Positions 27,153-38,467 of a stretch of DNA of 59,958 bases are shown in pieces. The notes beneath the pieces were generated by a model, which was not told the origin of the DNA, searched no databases, and worked only from the letters and a program-made list of their open reading frames with translations. This stretch comes from a virus (taxonomy: Duplodnaviria > Caudoviricetes): IMG/VR virus record IMGVR_UViG_3300005584_000003, positions 1 to 59,958 of that record, one strand, 5' to 3'. Positions within the stretch are counted from its first letter, which is position 1; each line of letters begins with the position of its first letter. The position numbers and the translations under genes were made by a program.

Positions 27153-27860
27153 ATGCCCACATGTTGTACCCCCACTGGCTGCTGTAGCTCCGTCGATTCG
27201 ATGTGCGCTCCTCCCGTACCCGTAGCGACTGTCGTTGCTGGCCCAATGGGTCCGTCGGGTCCAGCAGGGCCAACCGGCCCACAGGGGTTGCGTGGCTTTA
27301 GCGGTGCAACAGGCGCTGGACAAACCGGCCCACAAGGTCCTATTGGCTTGCAGGGTGTTACCGGGATTACGGGAGCCACTGGCGTGGCTGGTACTAGTCC
27401 AATATTGGCACTATTTACCGGTTATCGCTGGAATCCCAATACGCCATATACTAACGCGCTTTTAGAATTAGCCGATCAAAGACTCATAAATATGGGAGCA
27501 ATCCCATTTGCAAGCGGAACTTATTTGTTCCATGTTGAAATGCAACTTGGGTGGACCGGTAACGGTACTGAAAGTCAAAATGGAGATGTTTGGCTGCAAA
27601 ATGGTCTTTATAATACTGTAGCTACATTCAAATGGGCTCGGCTTCGCCCGACAAGCGCGCTAACAAACGATAATTATGGAACGGTATCTAGTTATGGGCA
27701 TTGGGTTCAAGCCGGGGTAACACAATTTAATAATTTGATCCTAAACTCAGGGGATGATGTCTTTTTGCTAGGCGCTCAAATCACCGCTTACGCTGCTCCT
27801 GCCAATGTAATAATTTCGCCCGGATTTACCAATGGAAACAATGATGGAACTACGGTATAA
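27153..27860 (+). CDS. short collagen-like protein
   Basis: Cys-rich N-terminus, about 17 GXY triplets, beta-rich head. Confidence 0.85.
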   Translation: MPTCCTPTGCCSSVDSMCAPPVPVATVVAGPMGPSGPAGPTGPQGLRGFSGATGAGQTGPQGPIGLQGVTGITGATGVAGTSPILALFTGYRWNPNTPYTNALLELADQRLINMGAIPFASGTYLFHVEMQLGWTGNGTESQNGDVWLQNGLYNTVATFKWARLRPTSALTNDNYGTVSSYGHWVQAGVTQFNNLILNSGDDVFLLGAQITAYAAPANVIISPGFTNGNNDGTTV

Positions 27861-27880
27861 TTTTAACCAATTAACAACCC

Positions 27881-28291
27881 ATGAATGAATCAGAAAGAGA
27901 AGCAGCGTTCCCCATCCATATTGAGCTTGGTTCTAAACGACCAGATATGTTTGGCGTTTCTAATATGAAGTCTAATAAAGAAGATAAGCCAAAGAAGGTT
28001 TATCCCCGTCTGTTTTTGAGCAACGTTGAAGGTCTTGAGAAACTACCGGAAGAAGGCTGCATGCTCGTTGATTTCAAAATTAAAAATATGAGCGTTAGCA
28101 AGAATGATGAAGATGAGCCCAACACCACCGTTGAGCTGGAAATCCATACCATTTGTTTACAAGACGATGAATCGGATGATCCTGATGACATCATTGATGA
28201 AATGACCGCCAAGGTCATGAAGAAGAAAAACCGCAATGAAGACTACGACTCATCTGAAGACGAAGGTGAGGACGACGAAACCGAAGAATAA
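27881..28291 (+). CDS. acidic hypothetical protein
   Basis: 136 aa with a D/E-rich C-terminus. Confidence 0.7.
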   Translation: MNESEREAAFPIHIELGSKRPDMFGVSNMKSNKEDKPKKVYPRLFLSNVEGLEKLPEEGCMLVDFKIKNMSVSKNDEDEPNTTVELEIHTICLQDDESDDPDDIIDEMTAKVMKKKNRNEDYDSSEDEGEDDETEE

Positions 28292-28293
28292 CC

Positions 28294-29277
28294 ATGCTGA
28301 CTCACGGGCAAGCCTCACTCGGTCCTCCGACGCTCGGTGAAATCATTACGGCTTCAAAGAGCCGCGATGTACTCGGCATTGATAATCGCGATGCCATCAT
28401 TGATTATATACAGCGAGCAATTGAACTGGCGACGTATCGCGCCCAATGGGATCCGTTATTGGGTACGATGGACATATGCAGCGATGAATGCGGTCTGGTT
28501 ACCCTTCCATCAGAAGTTGGTACTATTTTAGCATGTAACGTTGGTGGATTCCCGGCCCTATTTAGGAATTCATGGTTTCAATACCACATCAATGGTCCGG
28601 GCTCTGAACGTGGTCCCGGGGTTGGCGCCATGTGCGATTATACGTGGGACGATCAGGGTTTTAGTCCCGTCTTCCAGAACCTTAACGGATGGTCGTATGT
28701 TGCCGCATTTGTTGAAGATACCGACGACGGGCAAGGCAACTTGTCCCTTCAAGTGTACGGAGACACGATGGACAGCAACTATAACGAGAAGTTTGTTATG
28801 GTAAACGTCCCGTTATTAAATGGTTATGCGGCTACGGACCCTAACGCGACCCAATTTAAACGTATTACACGTGTAGTTAAGCCAGTAACAGCTGGGTACA
28901 TAAAGCTCATCGCATTCCCCGGTGTACAGCAGGCAAATGGCCGCACGCTTGGTTATTACGCCCCTAACGAGACACAACCACAGTATCGTCGCATTCGTGT
29001 TAACGCGGCCTGCAAATGGGTCAGGGTTAAGTATAGACGCAGTGAAATCAAACTCGTTTATGACACGGACCTTGTTCCATTCCCATCAAAGCAAGCTATG
29101 TTGTTCTTATTGAAGTCAATACGACTATTTGAAACGAATAACTTAGAAATTGCACAGGCTTACGAAAACAAAGCAATTCAGATTCTATTGGATATGGATT
29201 TTATTCAGAACGGCCCCGCAACCTTCAAATTACAGGTAGAACCCGGCTATGGACTTGGATGCATCGACTACCGCTAA
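28294..29277 (+). CDS. putative head-tail adaptor / tail tubular protein
   Basis: position before the nozzle-like gene; helix-beta-helix organisation. Confidence 0.5.
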   Translation: MLTHGQASLGPPTLGEIITASKSRDVLGIDNRDAIIDYIQRAIELATYRAQWDPLLGTMDICSDECGLVTLPSEVGTILACNVGGFPALFRNSWFQYHINGPGSERGPGVGAMCDYTWDDQGFSPVFQNLNGWSYVAAFVEDTDDGQGNLSLQVYGDTMDSNYNEKFVMVNVPLLNGYAATDPNATQFKRITRVVKPVTAGYIKLIAFPGVQQANGRTLGYYAPNETQPQYRRIRVNAACKWVRVKYRRSEIKLVYDTDLVPFPSKQAMLFLLKSIRLFETNNLEIAQAYENKAIQILLDMDFIQNGPATFKLQVEPGYGLGCIDYR

Positions 29278-29289
29278 TATAATCAACCC

Positions 29290-31329
29290 ATGCAATCAGT
29301 CCCGCAAACACGCACGTTTAAGGACTTCATCGGGTTCACTGATGGGGTTGACAGCTATTTAGATCAGCAATACATCAAGGACACACAGGTTCGATGGGCT
29401 GAAAACGCCGTTAATAAGGGTGGTATTTGGCAAACTCGTCCGGGTTATGATTCTGTACTTAGTCTTGATTATGAAGCTGGGACTGAATTCTACACGTGGT
29501 GGCATGATCCAGCTGGCAATAACGAACAAGTTGTTTATCCGCAGTTCTTTACGATATTTGAGACAACGTCTGGCGATAATCAATTTATCTTTGGGGTGTC
29601 TGGTGCCGTATTCTATTGTTCGATTGATTCCAATGGAGGGATCCAGCCACCCCGATTAATTACTGCATTAAGATTTAGTCGTAATGCCGATCAAATAAAC
29701 ACGGCTGCTACGGTAAAGACATCTGACATACAATCTGGAATTATTGTAGTAACTCCGCCCCGTAATATTCTTATTATTCAAGACGGTGTATCTCGCGCTG
29801 GTTATTGGGACGGAACATCGGGCGGTCACTTAAATCCAACAAAACGTTGGGAAACGGACAGTCTTGGCAGCACGATTTATATCGATGGATATAATCAAAC
29901 ACGTATTGGCCAATACATGGCTTGGAGTAATAATCGGCTTTGGATATTTAGCGGTAAAGAAGGCTATGCTTCAGATCTTAATGATCCACTGCACTTTACA
30001 GAAGAAACTGTATTGGTTAACGTTCCAAGCTTTACTTTTCCTGATGACGTAACCGGCGCCATTGATCGTGGAACTTCAGGTGTTTTAGAAAACATGCTGT
30101 TTGTGGGAACTAAAGGCGGTATTTTTACTTTGTGGTCAGGCGTAACAGACCGAACACAATGGAGATACACAGTTGATTTTAAAAGAAAAGTATTCTCCGG
30201 TTTATCATGCGTATCTCATAAATCAATGATCGCCCATATGGGCCTATTGTACTGGTATTCCGATAGCGGCATTGTATCTCTTGATTCTCTTGGCACGCAG
30301 ACCATAACGCAGGCGTTGCCGCCTATTGATAGCGAAATGGTCTATTCCAAGAACAAGATGTCGGGTGATCGTTCTAGGATTTGTGCCGGTAAATTTGACT
30401 CCTATATATGGTGGTCGGTTCCCGTTGCCGTAAACGGTCCAGAATCTAATTACCCTTCTATGTATCACGGGAGGGTCTATAATGGTCATACTCAAGTGTT
30501 AGATCGCATTGTTACCCCAGTGCCATTTACGTATGCTCAGCCAAGTGCTTACAGCGTAACGGCGTGGCAAGGGGTATGGACGGGTCTTCGTCCTGTTGAA
30601 TGGGCTACAAATGAGATTAATGGCGTAATACGAACATACTGCTTATCTCTTGATTATGATGGTGTTATGCGCATTTGGGAAGGTTTCAACGGTAATCGTG
30701 CTGATAACGGCAACCCAATTACGTGGGCTATTGAAACAAAAGCTCATGCTGTTACCGATTCGCCATTTTCTAAATCTATATTTAGGCATTTTCGTATACT
30801 AATTACACAACTTTACGGCAATTTGAGCGTTGAAGGTTATTGGAAGGGTTTACGCGGTCAATATCATCAATTGATGGATACATCGGTATCAGCGACTCCG
30901 GGATCTATTCTTCTCAATAATCCAGATTATTTCCCACTTAAAAATAATACAGTATCGACGAGTTTTACCAAACAAGTTCGCGATCTTCTATCCAAGGATA
31001 ATAGAGATCCAGAGGCATGCACGTCCGCTAACGTAGAAAGTAAATATCAAGACGACATTGATACCGCCTTTAGCTTATACTTCACTTTTACTGGTGTAGG
31101 CGCCTTAAAGGCCTACCGTCTTGCAACGGACATTAACCCCGACAATACGGAGGGCGAAGTTCTTGCGGCGGAAACCGGTCAGCGCATTCTACCAGAAGAA
31201 GGATGTCCTGAATTTGTTGCTGGTAATCTCCCCGCATATACCCTAGTAAAACGCCCAGCAAAGGATGCCCTCTCGCCCACCGTAAATACCTTCACAGAGA
31301 CAGGATACCAACTTCCCTTGTCACAATAA
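29290..31329 (+). CDS. putative tail nozzle / stabilisation protein (P22 gp10 / T7 gp12-like)
   Basis: F.G..., N...GG...TRPG, NRLW, SD..DP beta-propeller features. Confidence 0.65.
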   Translation: MQSVPQTRTFKDFIGFTDGVDSYLDQQYIKDTQVRWAENAVNKGGIWQTRPGYDSVLSLDYEAGTEFYTWWHDPAGNNEQVVYPQFFTIFETTSGDNQFIFGVSGAVFYCSIDSNGGIQPPRLITALRFSRNADQINTAATVKTSDIQSGIIVVTPPRNILIIQDGVSRAGYWDGTSGGHLNPTKRWETDSLGSTIYIDGYNQTRIGQYMAWSNNRLWIFSGKEGYASDLNDPLHFTEETVLVNVPSFTFPDDVTGAIDRGTSGVLENMLFVGTKGGIFTLWSGVTDRTQWRYTVDFKRKVFSGLSCVSHKSMIAHMGLLYWYSDSGIVSLDSLGTQTITQALPPIDSEMVYSKNKMSGDRSRICAGKFDSYIWWSVPVAVNGPESNYPSMYHGRVYNGHTQVLDRIVTPVPFTYAQPSAYSVTAWQGVWTGLRPVEWATNEINGVIRTYCLSLDYDGVMRIWEGFNGNRADNGNPITWAIETKAHAVTDSPFSKSIFRHFRILITQLYGNLSVEGYWKGLRGQYHQLMDTSVSATPGSILLNNPDYFPLKNNTVSTSFTKQVRDLLSKDNRDPEACTSANVESKYQDDIDTAFSLYFTFTGVGALKAYRLATDINPDNTEGEVLAAETGQRILPEEGCPEFVAGNLPAYTLVKRPAKDALSPTVNTFTETGYQLPLSQ

Positions 31330-31353
31330 CCCTTTACTGATAAACTAGAATCC
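31318..31353 (+). promoter_or_regulatory. leaderless promoter
   Basis: TTGTCA-N17 (ending TGA)-TAAACT-N7-ATG. Confidence 0.7.
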
Positions 31354-32064
31354 ATGGCACAGAATATCCCTATTACTCTTACGGCAACGCCTGTCCCGGT
31401 TGGAGTACAGGCCGTGAACATGGATGACTTAATGGAAATCATTGCCGATAGCATCGGCGGTTCAATTTCGGCTGACGTAAGTTTCTTTATTCAGGGATCC
31501 TCCGCCCCAGAAAGCGATCAAGGCATTTTCTACAATACCATTTCTCGTCGTTTTGAGGACTGGAATGGTACGCTTGGGTCGTATACCCCTGTCAGTGAAT
31601 TGCAAGTTGGCGACTTAAAGGCCGCAATTCGCAATTCTGATGATCTTGCCAATGGTTGGGTCTTACTTAACGGGCGCGCAATTACCAATAGTGTCATGCC
31701 CAGCCTTACACAGGTACAAAGATCCAACCTATTGACATTATTTACAACTGGTGCATTGCCCACCTATTCATTCCTGAGCGGTCTTTCAGGGCTTCCCGCT
31801 AATACGGCAATTACCAGTATATCGAATCCTCCTGCGCTACCGACCGCTGGAACGATTAGTTCGCTTCCTATCAGCGAAACGTACTCGCAATTGCAGGTAC
31901 AGGCTTTGCGCGATCAAACGGAAATCCTGTCGGGTTCCAATACTTCTGTTCAGGCCGCGACCACTTCACTTATCTCCGCCTCCGCCACCATATTGGCAGT
32001 TTTAAATAATACCAATGCCGTTGTAGGTCCTCGGTGGTTTGTATTCTGTGGTTACCCAACCTAA
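31354..32064 (+). CDS. tail protein with a collar-like motif
   Basis: VGD.K......GWVLLNG collar-domain signature. Confidence 0.55.
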   Translation: MAQNIPITLTATPVPVGVQAVNMDDLMEIIADSIGGSISADVSFFIQGSSAPESDQGIFYNTISRRFEDWNGTLGSYTPVSELQVGDLKAAIRNSDDLANGWVLLNGRAITNSVMPSLTQVQRSNLLTLFTTGALPTYSFLSGLSGLPANTAITSISNPPALPTAGTISSLPISETYSQLQVQALRDQTEILSGSNTSVQAATTSLISASATILAVLNNTNAVVGPRWFVFCGYPT

Positions 32065-32065
32065 T

Positions 32066-32548
32066 ATGTCAGCCCAATTAGAATCATTGATGGAAGTCGC
32101 CCCCTGCGTTAACGTTGAGCAGGAGGAAGCAGCGCGTCATGACAAAATCAATCGATTAGAGGCAGAGATTTATAAGCTACCGAAGGCTGATATTAAGATT
32201 ACGCATCACTTCTCAAATGGTGTTTATGCACGTGAGATGTTCTGCCCAGCGGGTTCTGTTATTACCGGGAAGATCCACAAGACCCGCCACCTTAATATCG
32301 TATCATCGGGCCGTCTTACCGTTTATAACGAAATAGGTGACTTGCGTGAAATAAAGGCTCCCTATACCTTCGTATCAGAAGCAGGCACACGTCGTGCGGC
32401 TCTCGTACACGAAGACACCACATGGACGACGATACACCCCAATCTGGATGAAGAAACTAACATTGTTAAGCTTGAGGAATCACTGGTAGAGAACTATCAG
32501 AATCCACTTATCCAAAACACAACTCAACCATGTCATTCATTGTCGTAG
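32066..32548 (+). CDS. cupin-fold protein
   Basis: HHFS.GVYARE...PAG....GKIHK..H, APYTF.S..GT.R, W.TIH. Confidence 0.8.
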   Translation: MSAQLESLMEVAPCVNVEQEEAARHDKINRLEAEIYKLPKADIKITHHFSNGVYAREMFCPAGSVITGKIHKTRHLNIVSSGRLTVYNEIGDLREIKAPYTFVSEAGTRRAALVHEDTTWTTIHPNLDEETNIVKLEESLVENYQNPLIQNTTQPCHSLS

Positions 32549-33348
32549 GCGGAACTATTATAGCAGGAGGCACGGCGGCTGTAACTGGAGGCATAGTTGC
32601 TGCTGGCGCACTAGCAGCATCGGCTGTTGGTGGTGGCCTTATGGCCAAAAATGCGGCCAGTGCTAACGCCAAGAATATTGCTAATTTACAGTACAAGCCC
32701 ATCGATTTGCAGGCTTTGCAAGAACAGGCTCAGGTTAATGCTAAAGAGAATTTAGTAAAATCAATCGAGCTTGAGAAGCAGTACATGCCCGACTTGTCGG
32801 CGGCACGTTTTGGCGTACAGAAACAAGTAGCTGAAGATCTTTCCCGTGGTGGCCAACTTCCTGTTGATGTTCAGAATGCCGTTACTCGTTCTGCGATGAC
32901 AAGTGCTGGTGCGGGTGGGTTTGGTGCCGGTCCATTGACCGCCGCCCAACTTGGTCTTACCTCTTACGATATCCGTAATCAGAATCAAGCAAAGGCCGCA
33001 GCATTATCCGCCGCTAATCCCTTGCCAACCTCGGGTCTTGATCCGGGCTCACTTGCTAGTGCCGCTATTGGCCAGAATACGGCTCAGAATCAATTTAATG
33101 TTGATAAGACAACGGCATCCAATCAAGCACGCTCGGCTAGTGCAGCGGCAAATGCTCAAATCCTTGGTGGTATCACTGGGGCATTTAGCAGCGGGTTTAG
33201 TAATGGTTTTGGTAAAATTCCCGTAGCTCAAAATACGCCTTGGAATACACCTACCACAATGGTAACGAATTTTAGTACAAATGCGCCCAAATATACAAAT
33301 TCGTTCACCCCTCCATCAGGAGCCGTTTCGTCATATTTCAAAAGATAA
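32530..33348 (+). CDS. putative internal virion / ejection protein
   Basis: Gly/Ala hydrophobic N-terminus, Gln/Ala-rich. Confidence 0.6.
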   Translation: MSFIVVGGTIIAGGTAAVTGGIVAAGALAASAVGGGLMAKNAASANAKNIANLQYKPIDLQALQEQAQVNAKENLVKSIELEKQYMPDLSAARFGVQKQVAEDLSRGGQLPVDVQNAVTRSAMTSAGAGGFGAGPLTAAQLGLTSYDIRNQNQAKAAALSAANPLPTSGLDPGSLASAAIGQNTAQNQFNVDKTTASNQARSASAAANAQILGGITGAFSSGFSNGFGKIPVAQNTPWNTPTTMVTNFSTNAPKYTNSFTPPSGAVSSYFKR

Positions 33349-33360
33349 ACTTTAATAATT

Positions 33361-35343
33361 ATGGCCACTAGCCCAACAGCCGGTTTTTCACTTAGCGCGC
33401 TCCCCACATCGATAAATGTGAAGGATCAGCTTGGTATGGACTATTCGCCCAATATTCGGGCTGGGTTTACTGGTGGATTGAAGTCCTATCAGGATGCTAT
33501 GTCGGTCGGTCCACAAACAAAGGCTATTGTTGCTAAAGCACAATATGAAAAGGCTGCTGATGAGCAAAAGGGACGATTGCTTGCCCCAGAAGAAGAAGTA
33601 TTGATTCAGGACTATCGTAATAAGAAAGCTCAAGGTGTATTAGCTGCCCGTTCAATCGGAGCAATTTCTGCTTTAGATCCGAATGCAATAGGGAGCGTAG
33701 AACAAATTGCGGCGGATCAAAATCGTGGTGTAGGGGCTACAGCGCAAGGTACTTCCGGTTCTGGATTTCGCAATATTGCCGGACCCGGAATGCCTCCATT
33801 AATTCAAACGGCAAATGGAGTAATTACCCAAGGATATCCAGCCGCATTTATGAACAAGGGCATGCCGGGATCTATTACTACTATGGAAGCAGGATCCGCA
33901 GCAGATAATGCTCAAGGAGAGCAAATGGTTTATGTTCAACAATATAGTGCCAATGCGCTTGGACAACCAATTCCCATTGGCGGCAAAACGTTAATAACTA
34001 GATCCAGTCTTGCTGCATTACAGGCATCAAATCAATTTTTAGCCCCGCAACCCGCACCGGTAGCTACAGCAGCTCCAGCTCCAGCAGCAGCTCCAGCACC
34101 GGGGGCATCGTTATTAGGGTCATTTGCGACGCCTCCAGCCGCTGCGGCAACTCCTGTTAATGTTGCAGCGGTTCCTCTTGTCACTTCTTCTGTTGACGGC
34201 ACCGCTGGCACTCCCATTGCCACTCCTGCTGCCACTCCTGCTGTCACTTCTGCTGTCACTCCACCACCACCCGCTCTTGTTTTACCGACACCGGCAAATT
34301 CTGCCGTTAATCCAACAACGCCAAATAACCCTCCATTTGTTCAAGGGTTTGGATATTTAAATAGTAAACAAGATACTGTTTGGGGACCGGGTAAAAACCC
34401 TGAAGATGCAACCAAGCGAGCTATTGTTGGTGGGTATCCAGCAACAGTCAAAAACATCAATTGGCAATCAACGCCCGGATCCGCAAACTCTCGTTTACTT
34501 TCCGAACAAAATGAAGCAAGTAAAGAACTGAAGGGTGCTGGTGAAACAATTGCTACTCTTCAAAAAGTTAATTCAATGATAGGTCGGTCATTAAATATTG
34601 GAGATAAAGTATCTACTTATGCAAAATTGCCATTTATTGGTGGATTTATTAATGATATTCGCAGAGTAATTAATCCTGACATACAAGCCCTTGAGGGATT
34701 GCAGGCACAGGCTGGTCAAAGTCAAGCTAAGGGCATTGTTGGTGGTCGTGTTGCCGTAACAGAAATGCAACAAATTACACAAGCCCTTGGCGGCTTAAAC
34801 GTAACAAATGACGTCAGAAAAGAATTAGGATTGGCTTTTATTGTTGGAAATCAAGATGCAATAGATTATTTTAGGGCTAAAGAAAAATACGCCAATGCTT
34901 ATGGTGTAATTACGGGATTTGACGATAAATACGATGAGTATTCAACTCTTAATCCATTGGGAAGCAGTGATTTACTTCCGGGTGATAAAGATTGGAAACT
35001 TAACGAAAACAGAATTACTTGGAATTTGTATAATGCTTTAAAAAACAAGGGTTATTCAAATCCGAATGAAATTGCCCTTCAGCATGATGAACTTATAAAC
35101 AGAAAAACGGGTCAGTTTAATTATAATGCTCTTCCCGATGGACCGGATGCTCCATGGACACCGGCAGATGTATTACCTCTTGCCAACAAACCGTCTGCGG
35201 AAGGTCCTATTAGCAACGCAACTTCTAAGCAGCCACAAGACCTAAAGAGTTTTATTGACCTTAATCTTAGAGGCCTTGATGGAAAAATTAGATCTAAAGA
35301 AGATATTCTTAAATTATTTAATGAAGCAACGGGTGGGAAATAA
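33361..35343 (+). CDS. putative internal virion / ejection protein
   Basis: 660 aa with a Pro/Ala/Thr linker; follows the pilot-like gene. Confidence 0.55.
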   Translation: MATSPTAGFSLSALPTSINVKDQLGMDYSPNIRAGFTGGLKSYQDAMSVGPQTKAIVAKAQYEKAADEQKGRLLAPEEEVLIQDYRNKKAQGVLAARSIGAISALDPNAIGSVEQIAADQNRGVGATAQGTSGSGFRNIAGPGMPPLIQTANGVITQGYPAAFMNKGMPGSITTMEAGSAADNAQGEQMVYVQQYSANALGQPIPIGGKTLITRSSLAALQASNQFLAPQPAPVATAAPAPAAAPAPGASLLGSFATPPAAAATPVNVAAVPLVTSSVDGTAGTPIATPAATPAVTSAVTPPPPALVLPTPANSAVNPTTPNNPPFVQGFGYLNSKQDTVWGPGKNPEDATKRAIVGGYPATVKNINWQSTPGSANSRLLSEQNEASKELKGAGETIATLQKVNSMIGRSLNIGDKVSTYAKLPFIGGFINDIRRVINPDIQALEGLQAQAGQSQAKGIVGGRVAVTEMQQITQALGGLNVTNDVRKELGLAFIVGNQDAIDYFRAKEKYANAYGVITGFDDKYDEYSTLNPLGSSDLLPGDKDWKLNENRITWNLYNALKNKGYSNPNEIALQHDELINRKTGQFNYNALPDGPDAPWTPADVLPLANKPSAEGPISNATSKQPQDLKSFIDLNLRGLDGKIRSKEDILKLFNEATGGK

Positions 35344-35350
35344 TATTTCC

Positions 35351-38300
35351 ATGAGTACTACAGCAACAAATACTGCTGGAGCAGCAGATTTTGATAAATT
35401 TTACAATGAGGCGGTTGCTAAAGCTAACGGTGGTGCAGCAACACTTGTTGATAAAAACAAAAAAGAAAATGATTTTGATTTGGAATATGGCCAAAAGCTT
35501 AATCGTGAACTACAGGCCGACCCAGATAATAAGGAAATTGGGGATGCATATGAAAAACATATGGCCGATTACTATAAACGTAATCCCGGGGCGTTAAAAA
35601 GATTTTCAAATGAGTACATACCGGATAGTTTGGATTCTGCTAAGGAATCCCTAAAGAAAACCGGATCAGTCATTAGTGGAATGGCTTTGTCGGCAAGTAA
35701 GCGAATTGGTGAAGCCTCTGAGCAAGTTATTAAAAACCCCGTTGATGCACTCACTGGTGCGGCCAGTGGTTCTTTGGCTGGGGTGGCATCATTGGTCCCA
35801 ATGGGACTTAATGCGCTTGGCGGAGTAAAACAGCAAATTGCGGCTTCTCGCGGTAATTATGAGGAGGCGGCAATAGTTGCAAGAGAGAGAGCCCAAGATG
35901 AAGCTAAATACGCTCGTTGGATAAATAATAATATAAAGAGCCTGAATACGGGTGGGCCTGATAATCCTATGGCCGACGTAGCCGAAGTAATTGCCCCAAT
36001 GTTTATTCCTGCTTCGGTAGCAGGAAAGGCCACCGCTAGGGTTCTGACAGAAGAACAATCAACTGCCGCCGCCGCCAAAGCTCTTTCAGGAAGAACTGGC
36101 TTATCTAAAGTAACAATGTCTGCTGCTGATTTAGCAACGGGCGGAAAAGCCAGTCGTGTGGCTGATCTACTTGGCGATAAACCATCGGGTTATGCTTTTA
36201 GGAGCGCAGCAGAGGTTAATCGAGAGATTACACTTCGTACCGGTGAAGTTGCTGAAGCTATACAGGACATAAAATTAGCCAACTCGGCACAGGATTTAAA
36301 GGCTCTTAATATTGCAAACGCAAAATATGTAAGGGCTCAAAATGCCCTTGATGAAGCCACTAGAGCCAATCTTTCGGTTGAAAAAGAATTAGCAAAACAA
36401 ACAAGCAAGCTACAACCTACGACATCAGGCACAGCGATTAAACAGGGAACTGCTGGCGGTGTTCTTGGCGCTGGTTACGGTGGTTTAACCGGGGCTCCCG
36501 GATCAGATAAAACTCAACCGGCGGTTGCTGGTGCGGCCTTTGGTACGGGTGCTGCGCTTGCCCCTCGCGCTACGGCGCTTGCTGCAAAAACAAAAAATTA
36601 TGTCACCGAAAAAGCGCGTGGTCTTAGTGATGAATGGCGCAAGGATTGGTCCGCTGGTCCATTTAATTTTAAAGCGAGAGATGTAGTTGAAGGAGTTCCT
36701 GCGGAAGCTCGTAATGTAACGCCATTAAATGAGCGTGATGTTACTCCGCCACAACCTCCGCCACCGTCGACGCCAGCCCCAGAGGTCGTGGTGGAACAAC
36801 CCAAGCCAGCAGCCCCTGCTGCGGCTGCTGCTGCGGCTCCTGCTGCGGCTGCTAAATCGACAGAAGCTGCGCCTGTTGCTACTGAGGCGCCTGCGGCAAA
36901 GCCTGCTCCTGTTGCTCCTGTTGCTCCTGTTGCTGAAACCCCTAATCCAGCTGCACCTCCCGTTGAAAGACCACAGAACTATGTGGCCGGTTCGTTTAAA
37001 GATTTTGTTGCGAACAAAGTTGCTGTTATGAGCGGAGATGCTGTTGGAACACCAAGAAATTCTGCAAATGGTCAATTTGCTGCTTATGATGCTAAGACAA
37101 ATGTTATGGCTGTTCAATTTCAGGGCAGAACGTATTACTTCCAAAATGTGCCCAAGGATATTTATGAGGGGTACATAAATTCGCATAAAAACGTCGCCGA
37201 AGTTGATGGGCAAGCCCTTCTTGATCAAGCAAAGTCACTTGGCATTGATGTAGATAAAAAATCAATGGTAAGTGAAGATATTTTAGCGGGCGATAAAAAA
37301 GCTATTGAAAAATTAAGGGGTAAAATTACAAGCGCAGGAACTTATTTTAATAATAACATTAGGGGAAAGTTTAAGTCCGAAAGCTATTCGGATACGCTTG
37401 AGGGGGTGGCTAATATGCCAGAAGTCGAAAAACCAAGCGCATTAGCAACTATGCCAGCACCCGTTGCAGCCGTTGCCAAGCCCCTTGCGGCTGTTGAGAC
37501 ACCAGCGGCTCCTGTTGTGGCTGAAAAGCCCGCTATTGCGCCCGTAGAGGCATCCGCGCCACTAACTGGTAAGGCTCTGGCCGATAGAGCGGTTGAACTG
37601 GGTCTTAATATTGATGCGGGTAATCGTTATTTGATAGAGAAAGGCAACTCAATGGTTACAAAAATAATGCAGGATAAGGTTGCAAAGCTTGAGCAGGGAT
37701 TACCCCCCAAGGAACCCCCAGCAGCAGCTCCAGCGGTTAAAGAAACCCCACCAGAGCCACCAAAGGCACCAGCGGCTAAAGTAGCGCCAAAAGTAGAGCC
37801 CAAGGTAGAGGAAGCACTAGCTCCTGTTGCGGAAAAACCGGTTGTTAAGTCTAAGGGCAAGGCGCTTGCTTCGTTGCCACCGGTTGAAGCACAGATCGTT
37901 AAAACGAAGGCTGGTACTACTGCTGCGCCATCAGCTGAACTTAATAAAAAGGTTTCGTCATTATCCACGAAGAAACAATTAGACGCTCAAAAGGATTATT
38001 TAATTGATGCTGTTGCAAAGTTGAAAGAACAGGCCCCTGAAGTTCCTGATATTAAGGACGCAAAGTTGAAGGCTGAATATGAAAATCATTTAATGGATAT
38101 TAGGGTGTACGAAGGCAAGGGTGGAGCCGAAGGTAAAAGAAAGGTTGAGCGCGCTATTGCCGGTATTAATTTAATTCTTAGAGACAGCGGATTACCTAAA
38201 TTAACAATTGAGGTTCCGGGCGACGGTCAATTTACGGTCAATAATACTAAGAGAAGTCTTGCGTCATTTGAAGGCGCAATAGCTAAGAAATTTGGCAAAG

Positions 38301-38467
38301 GGATCGCTCCCAATAAACCTAAATCCAATGTTGCAGTTGAGAAATTTTCTGAGCTTACCCAAGCACAACTTGACGAGTACAAAATAAAGCGCATGACGGA
38401 AGAAGAAGCCGCTGCCCTCGACATAGAAATGGCTGCTAAAGAAACGCCCAATAAAAAAAGTAAATGA
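35351..38467 (+). CDS. large putative ejection protein with an embedded KTSC-like domain
   Basis: Gly/Ala membrane-like segments, Pro/Ala linkers, YD......V.F....Y.F.NVP..Y and SAG.YFN.NIRGKF. Confidence 0.6.
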   Translation: MSTTATNTAGAADFDKFYNEAVAKANGGAATLVDKNKKENDFDLEYGQKLNRELQADPDNKEIGDAYEKHMADYYKRNPGALKRFSNEYIPDSLDSAKESLKKTGSVISGMALSASKRIGEASEQVIKNPVDALTGAASGSLAGVASLVPMGLNALGGVKQQIAASRGNYEEAAIVARERAQDEAKYARWINNNIKSLNTGGPDNPMADVAEVIAPMFIPASVAGKATARVLTEEQSTAAAAKALSGRTGLSKVTMSAADLATGGKASRVADLLGDKPSGYAFRSAAEVNREITLRTGEVAEAIQDIKLANSAQDLKALNIANAKYVRAQNALDEATRANLSVEKELAKQTSKLQPTTSGTAIKQGTAGGVLGAGYGGLTGAPGSDKTQPAVAGAAFGTGAALAPRATALAAKTKNYVTEKARGLSDEWRKDWSAGPFNFKARDVVEGVPAEARNVTPLNERDVTPPQPPPPSTPAPEVVVEQPKPAAPAAAAAAAPAAAAKSTEAAPVATEAPAAKPAPVAPVAPVAETPNPAAPPVERPQNYVAGSFKDFVANKVAVMSGDAVGTPRNSANGQFAAYDAKTNVMAVQFQGRTYYFQNVPKDIYEGYINSHKNVAEVDGQALLDQAKSLGIDVDKKSMVSEDILAGDKKAIEKLRGKITSAGTYFNNNIRGKFKSESYSDTLEGVANMPEVEKPSALATMPAPVAAVAKPLAAVETPAAPVVAEKPAIAPVEASAPLTGKALADRAVELGLNIDAGNRYLIEKGNSMVTKIMQDKVAKLEQGLPPKEPPAAAPAVKETPPEPPKAPAAKVAPKVEPKVEEALAPVAEKPVVKSKGKALASLPPVEAQIVKTKAGTTAAPSAELNKKVSSLSTKKQLDAQKDYLIDAVAKLKEQAPEVPDIKDAKLKAEYENHLMDIRVYEGKGGAEGKRKVERAIAGINLILRDSGLPKLTIEVPGDGQFTVNNTKRSLASFEGAIAKKFGKGIAPNKPKSNVAVEKFSELTQAQLDEYKIKRMTEEEAAALDIEMAAKETPNKKSK